NCBI GenBank assembly: GCA_903847905.1
Contig: CAINEZ010000350.1
Location: 1-53,313 of the forward strand
Origin: an uncultured Bacteroidota bacterium
GTDB taxonomy: Bacteria > Bacteroidota > Bacteroidia > Bacteroidales > CG2-30-32-10
Reading direction: 5' to 3'
DNA: 53,313 bases
Shown: positions 9,560-19,703 of the stretch, one piece after another
Numbering within the stretch: the stretch's first letter is position 1
Layout: each line of letters opens with the position of its first letter
Program-made: the position numbers and the translations under genes
The notes under the pieces: generated by a model
What the model saw: the letters and a program-made list of their open reading frames with translations, nothing else
Told to the model about the DNA's origin: nothing
Database searches by the model: none

Positions 9560-9616
9560 GTGGAAACCAGAAACCACTATAAAAAACGGGGTTTGAATGA
9601 AAAGACAAACGACTAC
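9560..9616 (+). promoter_or_regulatory. conserved upstream element, copy C (short form, divergent 3' block)
   Basis: GTGGAAACCAGAAACCAC-TATAAAAAACG-GGGTTTGAATGAAAAGACAAACGACTAC. It ends 23 nt before the ATG at 9640. Confidence 0.55.
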
Positions 9617-9639
9617 ATTAAAAATTAAACCAAAACAAA

Positions 9640-9924
9640 ATGAAAAATTACATTATAATTTTTAAGTTATTTGTGATAGTAGGCATGCTTTACTTCACAT
9701 CATGCAAGAAGTGCGAAACCTGTACTCAAACTAAAACAACATCTATTGACGACCAAAGCTATGTACCCGGCTATCCGAAAACAACAACGTCAACCTTTGA
9801 AGCATGCGACGATTCCTTGGCAGAAATTGATGGAAAAACTATTACTTCGCATGATTATCTATACTTTGGACCAGGTTATAACAATGAATTTGTAACAATT
9901 ACAAATACTACAACATGTAAGTGA
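9640..9924 (+). CDS. small Cys-containing lipoprotein/secreted protein
   Basis: Signal peptide with a lipobox-like YFTSC. 94 aa. Element copy C lies upstream. Confidence 0.55.
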   Translation: MKNYIIIFKLFVIVGMLYFTSCKKCETCTQTKTTSIDDQSYVPGYPKTTTSTFEACDDSLAEIDGKTITSHDYLYFGPGYNNEFVTITNTTTCK

Positions 9925-9944
9925 ACCAATACCTACCTTTAATC

Positions 9945-9972
9945 ATTCGAGCGCAAAGGCGAATATTTTTTT
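9945..9972 (+). terminator. possible intrinsic terminator
   Basis: A 5-bp stem ATTCG/CGAAT followed by ATTTTTTT. The stem is short. Confidence 0.4.
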
Positions 9973-10068
9973 CAGCTATGTTAGTTTACAACTGGTTGAT
10001 ATTAGAATGAAGAAGTGTTGAATTTTGGAATACCAAAGATGGAATAGAATAACAATTCATAAAAAAAC

Positions 10069-10128
10069 GTGGAGACCAGAGACCACTGAAAAAAACGGGG
10101 CGGAACTGAAAAGCCAGATGAGTAGGGG
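10069..10128 (+). promoter_or_regulatory. conserved upstream element, copy D (short form)
   Basis: GTGGAGACCAGAGACCAC-TGAAAAAAACG-GGGCGGAACTGAAAAGCCAGATGAGTAGGGG. It ends 24 nt before the ATG at 10153. Confidence 0.7.
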
Positions 10129-10152
10129 TAATTTAAATAATGTGTACAGAAA

Positions 10153-11487
10153 ATGATGAAGCCTAAATTTTGTAATAAATTTATTTTGGGTATTCTATTT
10201 TTGCTTTCATTAAATTCTTATGGTCAGAAAGCACTATTAGAAAAAGATGGTATAATTTATTGTGCCAAAGTATATGGGTATAATATTGGAACAAATGACT
10301 TTATTATTGAATGGTTATCAAATTTTGATGAAAAATTTGAAACTTATAAAAATAATGAATTTGAATTAAACGCAAAAAGAAATGAAGCCTTGCAAGAAAT
10401 AAATGCATTATCTAATGAATTACAATTTACAGATATTTATACACAGAAAATGGATGCAGAATTTGGGCAGTATGATTTTAATACTAAAAATTTCGAATTT
10501 AAACCTTTACAATTTGCTGATGAAAAAAAGCAAATTAATACTTCATCTTATTTTTATGTGCATACAAATATTATAAGTGCTGATCATAATAGAGCCGAAG
10601 TTTACGCATTGAATTTTAAAGATTTTGATGGGATTCCTATGGAAACTAATGATGCAAACTTATTTATAAATAATAGAACTAAACAGGGATATAACTCTTC
10701 TTATGTCAATAGAAAAGTATATCTAAAAATTTATTTTTCGATATTACCTGAAAAAATGCAAGATAATTATGGTTGGGGTGGATTAAAAGATATTGGACTA
10801 TATAGTTATGTTTATAAGATTGAAGTATGGGGCGATGAATGTATGTCAGGAAATAAAATAGCAGTTCTTAATGCTAAACAACAACCTCCAACATACCTTT
10901 TAGCTACAGGAGAGGAATTTAATAAAAATTATGATTTAGGTAATACTCAAGAAAAATTGCCTTTGGAGCAAGGATGGATAAAAATTGTTGATCAAACTTT
11001 ATATAATAATAACAGTTCAAATTGTAATAAAAAAAATCATTTTGAAATACATCTTTCAATGGAGAAAGACTATGGTGATTTATATAAAATAAAATTTAAG
11101 TTTCGTACAAATGCTTGTTTAATTTTTTCACCAGGATTTTTTTATACAATTACTGATTTTAAAGAGAATAAATATCCATTATTAGTAACTGATGTCACTG
11201 ATAATATAGTAAATGATTATAAAATTGTATCTGTAAGAATTAATAAAGAAACTCTAAAAAGTCTCGGTGACGGTGGTTTAGCAGATATCAAATTTCAATT
11301 TAACCCAACTTCACAATATCAAGGGTCTTCTAATTATACAAAATATTTTACCAATAAAAAATGCACATCATCTATTTATTTGTATGTTAATTGGTCTTCA
11401 CTAAAAAAGGAAGCTCCTGAATATTGGTTGGATGAAAATGCAAATGATGATTTTAAAAAAATGATAAAAACAATTTTAAACCAATAA
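10153..11487 (+). CDS. secreted protein; N-terminal domain paralogous to 40056..41555
   Basis: Signal peptide ILGILFLLSLNSYGQ. The segment NRKVYLKIYFSILPEK...LYSYVYKIEVWGDE aligns by eye with NRKIYLKFTYSILNKQ...DIYVYSIDVLENE of the 40056 gene. Confidence 0.7.
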   Translation: MMKPKFCNKFILGILFLLSLNSYGQKALLEKDGIIYCAKVYGYNIGTNDFIIEWLSNFDEKFETYKNNEFELNAKRNEALQEINALSNELQFTDIYTQKMDAEFGQYDFNTKNFEFKPLQFADEKKQINTSSYFYVHTNIISADHNRAEVYALNFKDFDGIPMETNDANLFINNRTKQGYNSSYVNRKVYLKIYFSILPEKMQDNYGWGGLKDIGLYSYVYKIEVWGDECMSGNKIAVLNAKQQPPTYLLATGEEFNKNYDLGNTQEKLPLEQGWIKIVDQTLYNNNSSNCNKKNHFEIHLSMEKDYGDLYKIKFKFRTNACLIFSPGFFYTITDFKENKYPLLVTDVTDNIVNDYKIVSVRINKETLKSLGDGGLADIKFQFNPTSQYQGSSNYTKYFTNKKCTSSIYLYVNWSSLKKEAPEYWLDENANDDFKKMIKTILNQ

Positions 11488-11490
11488 AAT

Positions 11491-13122
11491 ATGAAAACAA
11501 AAATTTTAATTATTTTTACATTTATATGTTTGATTATAAGTTCTTGTGGAAATAAAGGTCATGAACTCAAATTAATACCTTATAAGGCTGGTGATCTTTG
11601 GGGTTATTTGGATAAAGATGGTAAAATTGTAATAAATCCACAATTTAATCAGGCTAATGTATTTGTTAATGGATTAGCCTTAGTACAATCTCCCGATAAT
11701 AAATATGGTTATATCGGTGAAGATGGCAAGTATATAATCAATCCAACCTATAAATATGCAACATCTTTTTCGGAAGGTTTCGCATGTGTAGTAATTGAAA
11801 ATGGCAAACCTCAATTTATCAATGAAAAAGGAGAAGTTAAATTTACAGTAGAAGGAAGCGAATATTGCGGTGTATTTAATGATGGATTTGCTCTGGTAAA
11901 AACTGGTGATTTGTGGGGTTATTGTGATAAAACAGGCAATATAAAAATCTCACCTCAATTTGATTATGCATTTCCTTTTTCAGAAGGTTTAGCTGCTGTT
12001 GCAAAAACAAATAAAGAAAAAAACGAAACTTTATGGGGATTTATTAATGATAAAGGAGTGATAATAATTCCATGTCAATTTCAACGAGTAAATTCATTTT
12101 CTGAAGGATTATCATTAGTGAGCGATGGAAAAAAATATGGATATATCGATAAGAGTGGTAAATATATTATAAACTCACAATTTGATAATGCAGGTGATTT
12201 TAAAAATGGTATGGCAATAATTTATCAAGGATCGTTATTTGGTTTTATAAATAAGGCAGGGAAAATAGTTATTAATCCACAATTTAAAAATGCTTTTGCC
12301 TTTTCAAATAACAATGATATTACATTGGTTTTTAGTTCTGATAATAAAGCAGGCTATATTGATAAAGAAGGTAAGTACGTTATCAACCCACAATTTGAAA
12401 ATGGAACTAATTTTTATAATAATATTGCATTTGTTTGTTCAGCAAATAAGTGGGGTATAATTGATAAAAAAGGCAAATATATAGTAAATCCTCAATTTGA
12501 AAACATTAATGTTGATTTTGAAAGGATCAAAACATCAATTATCGAATCAGATTATTTTGATATTCCTACTGTAGTAGACAAGTTTCTTACAGGTACTGAT
12601 ACGAAAAATTTCAGAGGTTTGAATGAAAAGACAATTTACTCAATTATTGATAATGCAATTCCAGCTGGAACGCCTCATTTGACAATTTATGGTAATAAAG
12701 CAACAACCTCAACACAAGAAGATTTGGATAAAATGGTTTTCATTAGTCAAAAATATTATTATTTTACTCAAGATATTTCTTCTCAAAAACCAGTATATAA
12801 AACAGAAAAACAATATAATGCTTATAGGGGCGGATATTATAATGCACAGATTTTTGACCATTATGATAACATTTATAATACAAATTCAGTTTTAATGGGT
12901 GCAGACTTTATACTTGGCTTTTCAGGAAAAGCGTATAATAAGAAGGTCGATATTATGACTGCGATCGGAGATGCAATAGCTCTTAAAATTGGTGTAAAAG
13001 ATAAAATTGATAATACAGGTAATAATGTGGAAATTAATAATAGTGATCTAGACATTCATATCGATAAAAATAAAGGTCAAGTTGGCTTTTATTTTATGCA
13101 ATATAATGCGGGCGGTGATTAA
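11491..13122 (+). CDS. lipoprotein with KWG/WG-containing beta-propeller-type repeats
   Basis: Lipobox LIISSCG. There are more than 8 repeats of the type DLWGYLDKDGKIVINPQF / NKYGYIGEDGKYIINPTY. Confidence 0.8.
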   Translation: MKTKILIIFTFICLIISSCGNKGHELKLIPYKAGDLWGYLDKDGKIVINPQFNQANVFVNGLALVQSPDNKYGYIGEDGKYIINPTYKYATSFSEGFACVVIENGKPQFINEKGEVKFTVEGSEYCGVFNDGFALVKTGDLWGYCDKTGNIKISPQFDYAFPFSEGLAAVAKTNKEKNETLWGFINDKGVIIIPCQFQRVNSFSEGLSLVSDGKKYGYIDKSGKYIINSQFDNAGDFKNGMAIIYQGSLFGFINKAGKIVINPQFKNAFAFSNNNDITLVFSSDNKAGYIDKEGKYVINPQFENGTNFYNNIAFVCSANKWGIIDKKGKYIVNPQFENINVDFERIKTSIIESDYFDIPTVVDKFLTGTDTKNFRGLNEKTIYSIIDNAIPAGTPHLTIYGNKATTSTQEDLDKMVFISQKYYYFTQDISSQKPVYKTEKQYNAYRGGYYNAQIFDHYDNIYNTNSVLMGADFILGFSGKAYNKKVDIMTAIGDAIALKIGVKDKIDNTGNNVEINNSDLDIHIDKNKGQVGFYFMQYNAGGD

Positions 13123-13197
13123 TATTATCCAACCCTTGGTTCAGGTTCCACCTCCATCGAAATATTAAATGAGTAAATGATTCTAAACAAAATAAAA

Positions 13198-13252
13198 ATG
13201 GAGACCAGCAACCATTAAAAAACGGGGCGGAACCGAAAAGCCAGATGAGTAG
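13198..13252 (+). promoter_or_regulatory. conserved upstream element, copy E (short form, compensated stem)
   Basis: ATGGAGACCAGCAACCAT-TAAAAAACG-GGGCGGAACCGAAAAGCCAGATGAGTAGG. Both stem sides are changed relative to the other copies (GTGG/CCAC becomes ATGG/CCAT). Confidence 0.7.
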
Positions 13253-13283
13253 GAAATAAGCTGTTTAACTTAAAACTAAGAAC

Positions 13284-14717
13284 ATGAAAAAGACAAACAT
13301 TTTTTTGCTGTTTTTAACCGCAACATTTTTGATTGCACTACTTTCAGGTTGTGCAGGAAAAAAAAACAATCTTAATACAGGATTAATACCTGTAAAAAGT
13401 AATGATAAATGGGGATATGTAGATAAAGAGGGAAAATACATCATCAATCCCCAATTTTCATACGCCGATTACTTTATCAATGGAATCGCATTGGTAAAAA
13501 GCAATGATAATAAGTATGGATTTATTAATGAAAAAGGTGAATATTTGATTAATCCACAATATAAAAATGCTATGCCATTTTCTGAAAATATGGCTTGTGT
13601 TATTTCAGAAGGTTGTGTTCCGAAATACATCAACAAAAAAGGTGATATTTTATTTGAAGTGCCAACAGCAGAGCAGGCGGGCAATTTTCATAACGGTTTT
13701 GCCAGAATAAAAAATAAAGACAACAAATGGGGATTTGTTGATAATACTGGGAATATTAAAATCAATTGTCAATACGATGGTGTAAATGATTTTAACGAAG
13801 GGATGGCTGCCGTAATGAATATAAATAAGAAAGACACTACTAAGACTTTTGAAGAATGGGGTTATATAAATGAAAAAGGTGAAATGATTATTAATTTCCA
13901 ATTTAAGGATGCGTCACCATTTATTGAATCTTTAGCCAGAATTACATTAGATTATAAACAATATGGATATATTGATACTAAAGGAAAAATGATAATAAAT
14001 CCTCAATTTGATGCAACTACGATATTTACCGATGGACTTGCTCCATTTAGATCGGGGAAATTATGGGGCTTTATTGATAAAACAGGTAAAATAAAGATCA
14101 ATCCTCAATTTGACGAAGTTGGTTTAATAAATAATAAACTAATTCCTGTAAGATCTGGCGAAAAATGGGGATATATTGATAAAGAAGGCAAGATTGTTAT
14201 TAATCCGCAATTTGACGATGCACTTTCATTTTTAGGCGATATTGCCATGGTGAAATCTTCCGACAAATGGGGTTTCATTGATAAATCAGGTAAATATATA
14301 GTAAATCCACAGTTTGAAGATATAAACAGAGATATATTAACATACCTAATTATCGGTTCTGATTGGGGAAATATTGTAGTGAGTGATAAAATACCACCTG
14401 TCGAAGAAATTGCTGAGAAATTTCTTACCTTTTTGAATAGAAAAGATTATGATGAAGCTAGAAAACTTGGTACCGAAAATACCAAACAAATGCTTGATAT
14501 GATGAAGAGTTTTGCTGGTGCTGCTGCAAAACCTACCGTTACAAAAGATGTAAAGATTGAGAATCTGAAATGTGATACAAATAATGATAAGGCTAGATGT
14601 ACATATACAGCCGAAGGGAAATTGGAATCAATTGATTTAGTAAAACAAGACAATAAATGGTTGGTTGATATGAAAAAGGAAGGTGGAGGGAATAATGCTT
14701 CATCACCAGGTGAATGA
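13284..14717 (+). CDS. lipoprotein with KWG/WG-containing repeats (paralogue of 11491..13122)
   Basis: Lipobox LLSGCAG. Repeats of the type DKWGYVDKEGKYIINPQF. The C-terminal roughly 110 aa are distinct. Confidence 0.8.
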   Translation: MKKTNIFLLFLTATFLIALLSGCAGKKNNLNTGLIPVKSNDKWGYVDKEGKYIINPQFSYADYFINGIALVKSNDNKYGFINEKGEYLINPQYKNAMPFSENMACVISEGCVPKYINKKGDILFEVPTAEQAGNFHNGFARIKNKDNKWGFVDNTGNIKINCQYDGVNDFNEGMAAVMNINKKDTTKTFEEWGYINEKGEMIINFQFKDASPFIESLARITLDYKQYGYIDTKGKMIINPQFDATTIFTDGLAPFRSGKLWGFIDKTGKIKINPQFDEVGLINNKLIPVRSGEKWGYIDKEGKIVINPQFDDALSFLGDIAMVKSSDKWGFIDKSGKYIVNPQFEDINRDILTYLIIGSDWGNIVVSDKIPPVEEIAEKFLTFLNRKDYDEARKLGTENTKQMLDMMKSFAGAAAKPTVTKDVKIENLKCDTNNDKARCTYTAEGKLESIDLVKQDNKWLVDMKKEGGGNNASSPGE

Positions 14718-14740
14718 TTTGCTGGAATTATTGATAATTA

Positions 14741-14779
14741 AGCTATTGCTCTGGTAACAGGGCAAAAGCTTTATTATTA
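14741..14779 (+). terminator. intrinsic terminator
   Basis: The stem AGCTATTGCTCTG / CAGGGCAAAAGCT pairs at 12 of 13 positions (one of them a G-T wobble). GTAA loop, followed by TTATTATT. Confidence 0.65.
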
Positions 14780-14825
14780 TGCGCAATATGAACTTTTAAT
14801 ATTTGGTATCTAAAATAGTATAAAA

Positions 14826-14878
14826 ATGGAGACTAGGTACATTTAAAAAATTGGAATACGGCCGAAAACCAAGTATTG
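14826..14878 (+). promoter_or_regulatory. conserved upstream element, copy F (degenerate)
   Basis: ATGGAGACTAGGTACAT-TTAAAAAATTGGAATACGGCCGAAAACCAAGTATTG. The order of blocks is recognisable but many positions are changed. It ends 34 nt before the ATG at 14913. Confidence 0.4.
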
Positions 14879-14912
14879 ATTTTTATTTAGTATAAATTAA
14901 TAAGAGATAATC

Positions 14913-16475
14913 ATGAAAGCGGTTTCAATAATTAGCAATAAAAAATATTGGGGAATTTATTTCTCTATTATTTTTTTACTCAATTCTGCAATAAAATTAT
15001 CTGGACAATCAACTTTATCTCCAGAAATTAATAAAGTATTTTTTGAAAATTCTGAATTTGACAAGTCAATATTACTTGAGATACCAAATGAAAGTTCATT
15101 AACACAATTCGATAAAATCTCTAAAAATCCTGATATCTATGAATCAGGGCTTCCAATAGCAACTTTGACAATCGGAAAAGGAGTGGAAGATTATGATAAA
15201 TCGCTACTAAATTTTCTTGTAAATAATGGGTATGCGAAAATTCAAACTACAATTCAAACAATACATAATTCAAGGTACGGCGATAACTCAACAGTTTATA
15301 ATTTTATATTTTACTCCGAACAATTTAAAAAGTTTATTCAATATTATAAAGTAGATGAAATTGGTACTACTGAAAGAAAATTATTTATAAAAATAGGACA
15401 TCGAAAACTTATTTCAATCGATTATAAAAATGAATACGAAGATTCACCACTAGGAATGAAAAGAAAATTTTATTCAATTGTTTTTTCTTATAAACTAATA
15501 AATGATTTGCCAAATTTTAAAGTCATTACAAAAGTTTTTACTGGCAAAGGAAAAATATTTTTAGATCCAGATGATGGTAAATGGAAAATGATAGGCTCTT
15601 TTGATAATTTAGGATTGACGCTTGGCGATAATAAATTTGACGAGTATTTACAGATTATTCATAATGATTATTCTCCTTTTGATTTTGAGAAAAATAAAAA
15701 AGACTGTGCAATTAAAAATGCCAATCGAAGGGATTCATTATTTGTAGCCGAAACTCGAGCTAAAGCTTATAATGATTCTATAACTTATCATGAAAAATTT
15801 CCAGATCAGGTAACTTATCCTGATGGAACTATTTATAAAGGACATTTAATTGACGGTAAAAAAAATGGATATGGGGAATATACTAACAGTGGAGGTTCTG
15901 TTTATGAAGGTGAATGGAAAGGTGATAAAAAAAATGGTCAGGGCAAAATGGTTTATAAAGATGGTTCATCATACGACGGTGAATGGAAAGATGATAAAAT
16001 TGAAGGTTATGGTACTATTATTTGGGCTAACGGTAATAAATATATTGGCAATTTAGTAAATAACCAACCAGAAGGTCAGGGTGCATCATATTACCCTAAT
16101 GGAAATAAAGCCGCTGAAGGTAATTATAAGAATGGGAGATTTGATGGAAAGCTAACTTTTTATTATGAAAATGGAAAAATATCATATTCTGGTGACTGGA
16201 AAATTGGTAAAAAAGATGGTACAGGTACGTTGTTTAATGAAGATGGTTTTAAATTATACGAGGGAGAATTTAAAAATGATGCTATGGAAGGACAAGGAGT
16301 TTATACGCCACCCCCAGATCAAGGTCCAGATAATGATGTAATAAAAGGTGTTTTTACTGGGGAATTTAAAAATGGCAATATGTATAATGGAAATTATATT
16401 AATACTCTTAAGGACGGAACAATATACCTTACTGAATTTAAAAATGGTGTGAAAGGAAAATCTAAAAGACAATAG
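14913..16475 (+). CDS. exported MORN-repeat protein
   Basis: N-terminal hydrophobic signal. The C-terminal half has tandem MORN repeats (YKGHLIDGKKNGYGEY, YEGEWKGDKKNGQGKM, YDGEWKDDKIEGYGT...). Confidence 0.8.
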   Translation: MKAVSIISNKKYWGIYFSIIFLLNSAIKLSGQSTLSPEINKVFFENSEFDKSILLEIPNESSLTQFDKISKNPDIYESGLPIATLTIGKGVEDYDKSLLNFLVNNGYAKIQTTIQTIHNSRYGDNSTVYNFIFYSEQFKKFIQYYKVDEIGTTERKLFIKIGHRKLISIDYKNEYEDSPLGMKRKFYSIVFSYKLINDLPNFKVITKVFTGKGKIFLDPDDGKWKMIGSFDNLGLTLGDNKFDEYLQIIHNDYSPFDFEKNKKDCAIKNANRRDSLFVAETRAKAYNDSITYHEKFPDQVTYPDGTIYKGHLIDGKKNGYGEYTNSGGSVYEGEWKGDKKNGQGKMVYKDGSSYDGEWKDDKIEGYGTIIWANGNKYIGNLVNNQPEGQGASYYPNGNKAAEGNYKNGRFDGKLTFYYENGKISYSGDWKIGKKDGTGTLFNEDGFKLYEGEFKNDAMEGQGVYTPPPDQGPDNDVIKGVFTGEFKNGNMYNGNYINTLKDGTIYLTEFKNGVKGKSKRQ

Positions 16476-16629
16476 TAAATTTTAATGTTTGATTTAATAT
16501 AATATAGTATGTTTGACCTTCATAAATATTATGCTTGTATCTATCAGTGTTTATGTGGAAAGGTGAAAAATAATATGGAATTGAATAATTAGATAATTAT
16601 TAATAAATTTAAAAATAAAATTCAAGAAT

Positions 16630-17208
16630 ATGAACAAATCAAACCCAACACAAAAAATCCTTACTATCGTTGCATCGGCAGTGATAATATTATCATTCTT
16701 TTTACCATGGGTGGCCACCTTTGGGCAAACTGTTTCGGCTGCTAAAGCAATTGAGCAAATTGCAGAGGCTCTAAAATATATTGACCAACTGCAAGATGAA
16801 CAAAAATTATATCTTTTAATCCCTATTTCGCTTTTAGTTATGCCAATATGTTCATTTATTATTTTAATAACAACTTCAACCTCACCAAAAAGCAGACCTA
16901 TGCCTTTTCCTAAAATTCTAATGGCAATTGTAATGACGATATATTTTGGATTTTTGATTTATGAAGAATCGAAAAATCCTTTTTCAAGCCATGGTGGTTC
17001 TATTTTTTCGATGCTTGGAATTGGATTTTATTTAACATTTTTAAACGTAATTTATTTATTTGTAACTGTTTTTTTGAAGGAAAAAGTGATTATAAAGAAC
17101 GTAAATAATGCTAATTTTGATGTGCAATTATATTGTTCGGGATGTGGCAAAAGTTACAATCCATCAAATGCAGGGAAATTTTGCACAAAATGCGGAACCA
17201 AATTGTAG
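16630..17208 (+). CDS. 4-TM membrane protein with C-terminal zinc ribbon
   Basis: Hydrophobic helices, then LYCSGCGKSYNPSNAGKFCTKCGTKL (CxxC-N13-CxxC). Confidence 0.7.
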   Translation: MNKSNPTQKILTIVASAVIILSFFLPWVATFGQTVSAAKAIEQIAEALKYIDQLQDEQKLYLLIPISLLVMPICSFIILITTSTSPKSRPMPFPKILMAIVMTIYFGFLIYEESKNPFSSHGGSIFSMLGIGFYLTFLNVIYLFVTVFLKEKVIIKNVNNANFDVQLYCSGCGKSYNPSNAGKFCTKCGTKL

Positions 17209-17244
17209 GTTATAAATAAGTGTTATTTTAATAAAACAACGATT

Positions 17245-17904
17245 ATGGAAAATCAAAATTTAAACTCTGAAAATTCACCAGTATTTGATAGTCATTCTTC
17301 AGTTAAAAATGTAATTGAAAAACGTCGTACATTTATTCCGATTTCTTTTGGTCTAATAATTATTATGTTTTTCTTTACATTCTGTACATTTAGTTGTGGT
17401 GGACAAAAAATAGATTCTGTTTCCGGTATTAACTTAGTAACAGGTACAAGAATAGAAAATAAAGATTCACAACAAAACCAAAGCCAAAACAATAATAATA
17501 ATGAAAAAATACCGGCAAATATGTGGGCATTTTTGGCATATAGTGCAGCGATAGTTGGTGCGATTTTCTTTTTATTTATAAAGAAAAAGGAAAGTTTAAT
17601 CGGTGTTATTGCAGGTGCCACTGGAGTTACTTCCTTGATAATATTACAAATTGTAATAAAAGGCGATGTTTATGGAAAATATAAAGACTCAATTACTGCG
17701 GATTTTAAATTTGGGTATTGGGCAGCTTTAATTTTATTTATTGTTGCAGGTGTATTATGTTTACTCCAATTAATAGAGGAGAATAAAACAAGCAAAACAT
17801 TAAGCCCAGTTAACAAATTGAAAAAATATTGTACTAACTGTGGAAAAGAATTAGAAAATAATTTTACTGGGCAGTTTTGTAAAAATTGTGGAAATAAAAT
17901 TTAA
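17245..17904 (+). CDS. membrane protein with C-terminal zinc ribbon
   Basis: TM helices and a Q/N-rich loop, then KYCTNCGKELENNFTGQFCKNCGNKI. Confidence 0.7.
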   Translation: MENQNLNSENSPVFDSHSSVKNVIEKRRTFIPISFGLIIIMFFFTFCTFSCGGQKIDSVSGINLVTGTRIENKDSQQNQSQNNNNNEKIPANMWAFLAYSAAIVGAIFFLFIKKKESLIGVIAGATGVTSLIILQIVIKGDVYGKYKDSITADFKFGYWAALILFIVAGVLCLLQLIEENKTSKTLSPVNKLKKYCTNCGKELENNFTGQFCKNCGNKI

Positions 17905-17919
17905 TTCAATAATAATCCT

Positions 17920-19608
17920 ATGAAAACATGCACTAATTGTAGTATTTCTTATCCCGATGACAAAAAGTTTTGTAAGAATTGTGGAAATCCATTGGTAGAA
18001 ACAGCTACTCAGGAAAATAAGGAAATTCTAAAAAAGAAGGTTGTAGTTAGGATACCTGATAAGAAACAGGCGAATAAAAATGATGATATACAAAGGATGG
18101 CTGATTTGTCTGAAATAGCAATATCTAAAGATGATTATGATGAAGCACTACTACTTATTAATAAAGGCCTTTTGATTGATCAGAATAATAAAAGCATTTT
18201 AGTAAAAAAAGCTGAGCTTTTATTTAAGATGAAAAATGAAACGGAATGTATTTCAACATGGAATAAAGTGTATGAATTAGATCCTGAAAATGTTTCCGCC
18301 TGCTTATTTCTTGGAATAGAAGCTGTGAAGTTTGAGGACTTTCAAAAAGCTTGCAATTTATTAGAATTGGTTATTTCGAAATCAAAAAATGAAAATGAAA
18401 AAAGCACTGCAATGTTCTATTGTGCATTTTCCATACTTAGACTAAATGTAGAAGATAAACGTCTGCCTTTTTTTATAATTCACTCAAAACTGGACTCATA
18501 TTTTGATACAGCCGATTCGTATCAAAAAAACATACTTGAAGAGCTATTATTTTTTTATGGTGATTATAATGTGCAGCAGAAAAACTACGAATCAGCAATT
18601 TATAATTTTGAAACGGCTTACCAATTAAATAAGGACAACAAATTTACATCTTTGATTGCTAATGCTTATTATAAACTGGCTAAGAACAAATTTGATTTAG
18701 GTGAAAGAAAAAATTCCAGAATAAATATTGAAAAAGCTCTCGCGCTTTTCCCAGGAAACAAAGAATATAGAAGTCTTCTCGAAAAGATTATTATACTTCA
18801 GAAAAAGAAAAAGAGAAAACTTATTATTGGGATAATTGTTGTAATGGTTTCAATAATATTAATATTGGTTGGTATATGGGTAAGCACTTTCTTGATTGAA
18901 AAAAATGCTTGGGATAAAGCACTAAGTGAAAACAAAATCGATTCCTATCAGAAGTATCTAAATACCTATCCCAACGGAAAATATATTGACGAAGCAAATC
19001 AAATGATATCTAAAACAGAAGCGATAATGATCGATTCTGTTGCCGAAGCAATTTTCGAAAGTATTCCAGATGCTAAAAAAAATACAATTACCATTAATTC
19101 AAAAGTAGAAGATATTTTAAAAGCTATTGGAAAAACAAATGAAGCTCTCCCTAACAAGAATAGTGGTGTTAATTCTTTTTCTACGGAGGAAAAAATATCA
19201 AAAAATATCATAAGTTCTGTTACTTATGGATTCAATTCTGATATTAAAGAGCCTATTAAAAAGATCACGGGTAAAAATTGGTATGGTGAACCAACATTCA
19301 TTATTTCCGGTTATCAAAATTCCACCAAAGCTTTATTTGATTCTTTTGATGAACAAATAAGACTTGATTCACAATTTGCAAGTAAAACGGAAGCAATATT
19401 AAAAGCAATTTGTGATAAAATAGAAAAAAGTGGATTTTCAAATTATTCTAAACAACAACAAAATAGTGATATAAAATGCTTTATTAACGAAAATGCTATT
19501 ATTATTGTAAAGAAAAGTGATAATTTGATTATAATTAGATATAATAATACAAATTTTATAGATTATTCAGATTTGTTACAAAGAGCAAAAGCAGGTATAA
19601 TTTACTAA
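17920..19608 (+). CDS. N-terminal zinc ribbon / TPR / TM / extracytoplasmic domain protein
   Basis: MKTCTNCSISYPDDKKFCKNCGNPL. TPR-like helical repeats cover about 250 aa. TM IIGIIVVMVSIILILVGIWVSTFLI, then the juxtamembrane module NAWDKALSENKIDSYQKYLNTYPNGKYIDEA. Confidence 0.75.
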   Translation: MKTCTNCSISYPDDKKFCKNCGNPLVETATQENKEILKKKVVVRIPDKKQANKNDDIQRMADLSEIAISKDDYDEALLLINKGLLIDQNNKSILVKKAELLFKMKNETECISTWNKVYELDPENVSACLFLGIEAVKFEDFQKACNLLELVISKSKNENEKSTAMFYCAFSILRLNVEDKRLPFFIIHSKLDSYFDTADSYQKNILEELLFFYGDYNVQQKNYESAIYNFETAYQLNKDNKFTSLIANAYYKLAKNKFDLGERKNSRINIEKALALFPGNKEYRSLLEKIIILQKKKKRKLIIGIIVVMVSIILILVGIWVSTFLIEKNAWDKALSENKIDSYQKYLNTYPNGKYIDEANQMISKTEAIMIDSVAEAIFESIPDAKKNTITINSKVEDILKAIGKTNEALPNKNSGVNSFSTEEKISKNIISSVTYGFNSDIKEPIKKITGKNWYGEPTFIISGYQNSTKALFDSFDEQIRLDSQFASKTEAILKAICDKIEKSGFSNYSKQQQNSDIKCFINENAIIIVKKSDNLIIIRYNNTNFIDYSDLLQRAKAGIIY

Positions 19609-19703
19609 TTTATTGAATAAATCCTAATTATATGACAAATTAAAAGGATTTTATATTTGCTTTAATAAATTAAAATGATTATTAATTTAATAGATTGAAA
19701 ATT

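Noticed and set aside
16545-16600. Possible degenerate element copy before 16630 (gtggaaaggtgaaaaataatatggaattgaataattag)
   Set aside because: Only GTGGA and GGAATTGAA are reminiscent. There is no hairpin partner and no G-rich block.
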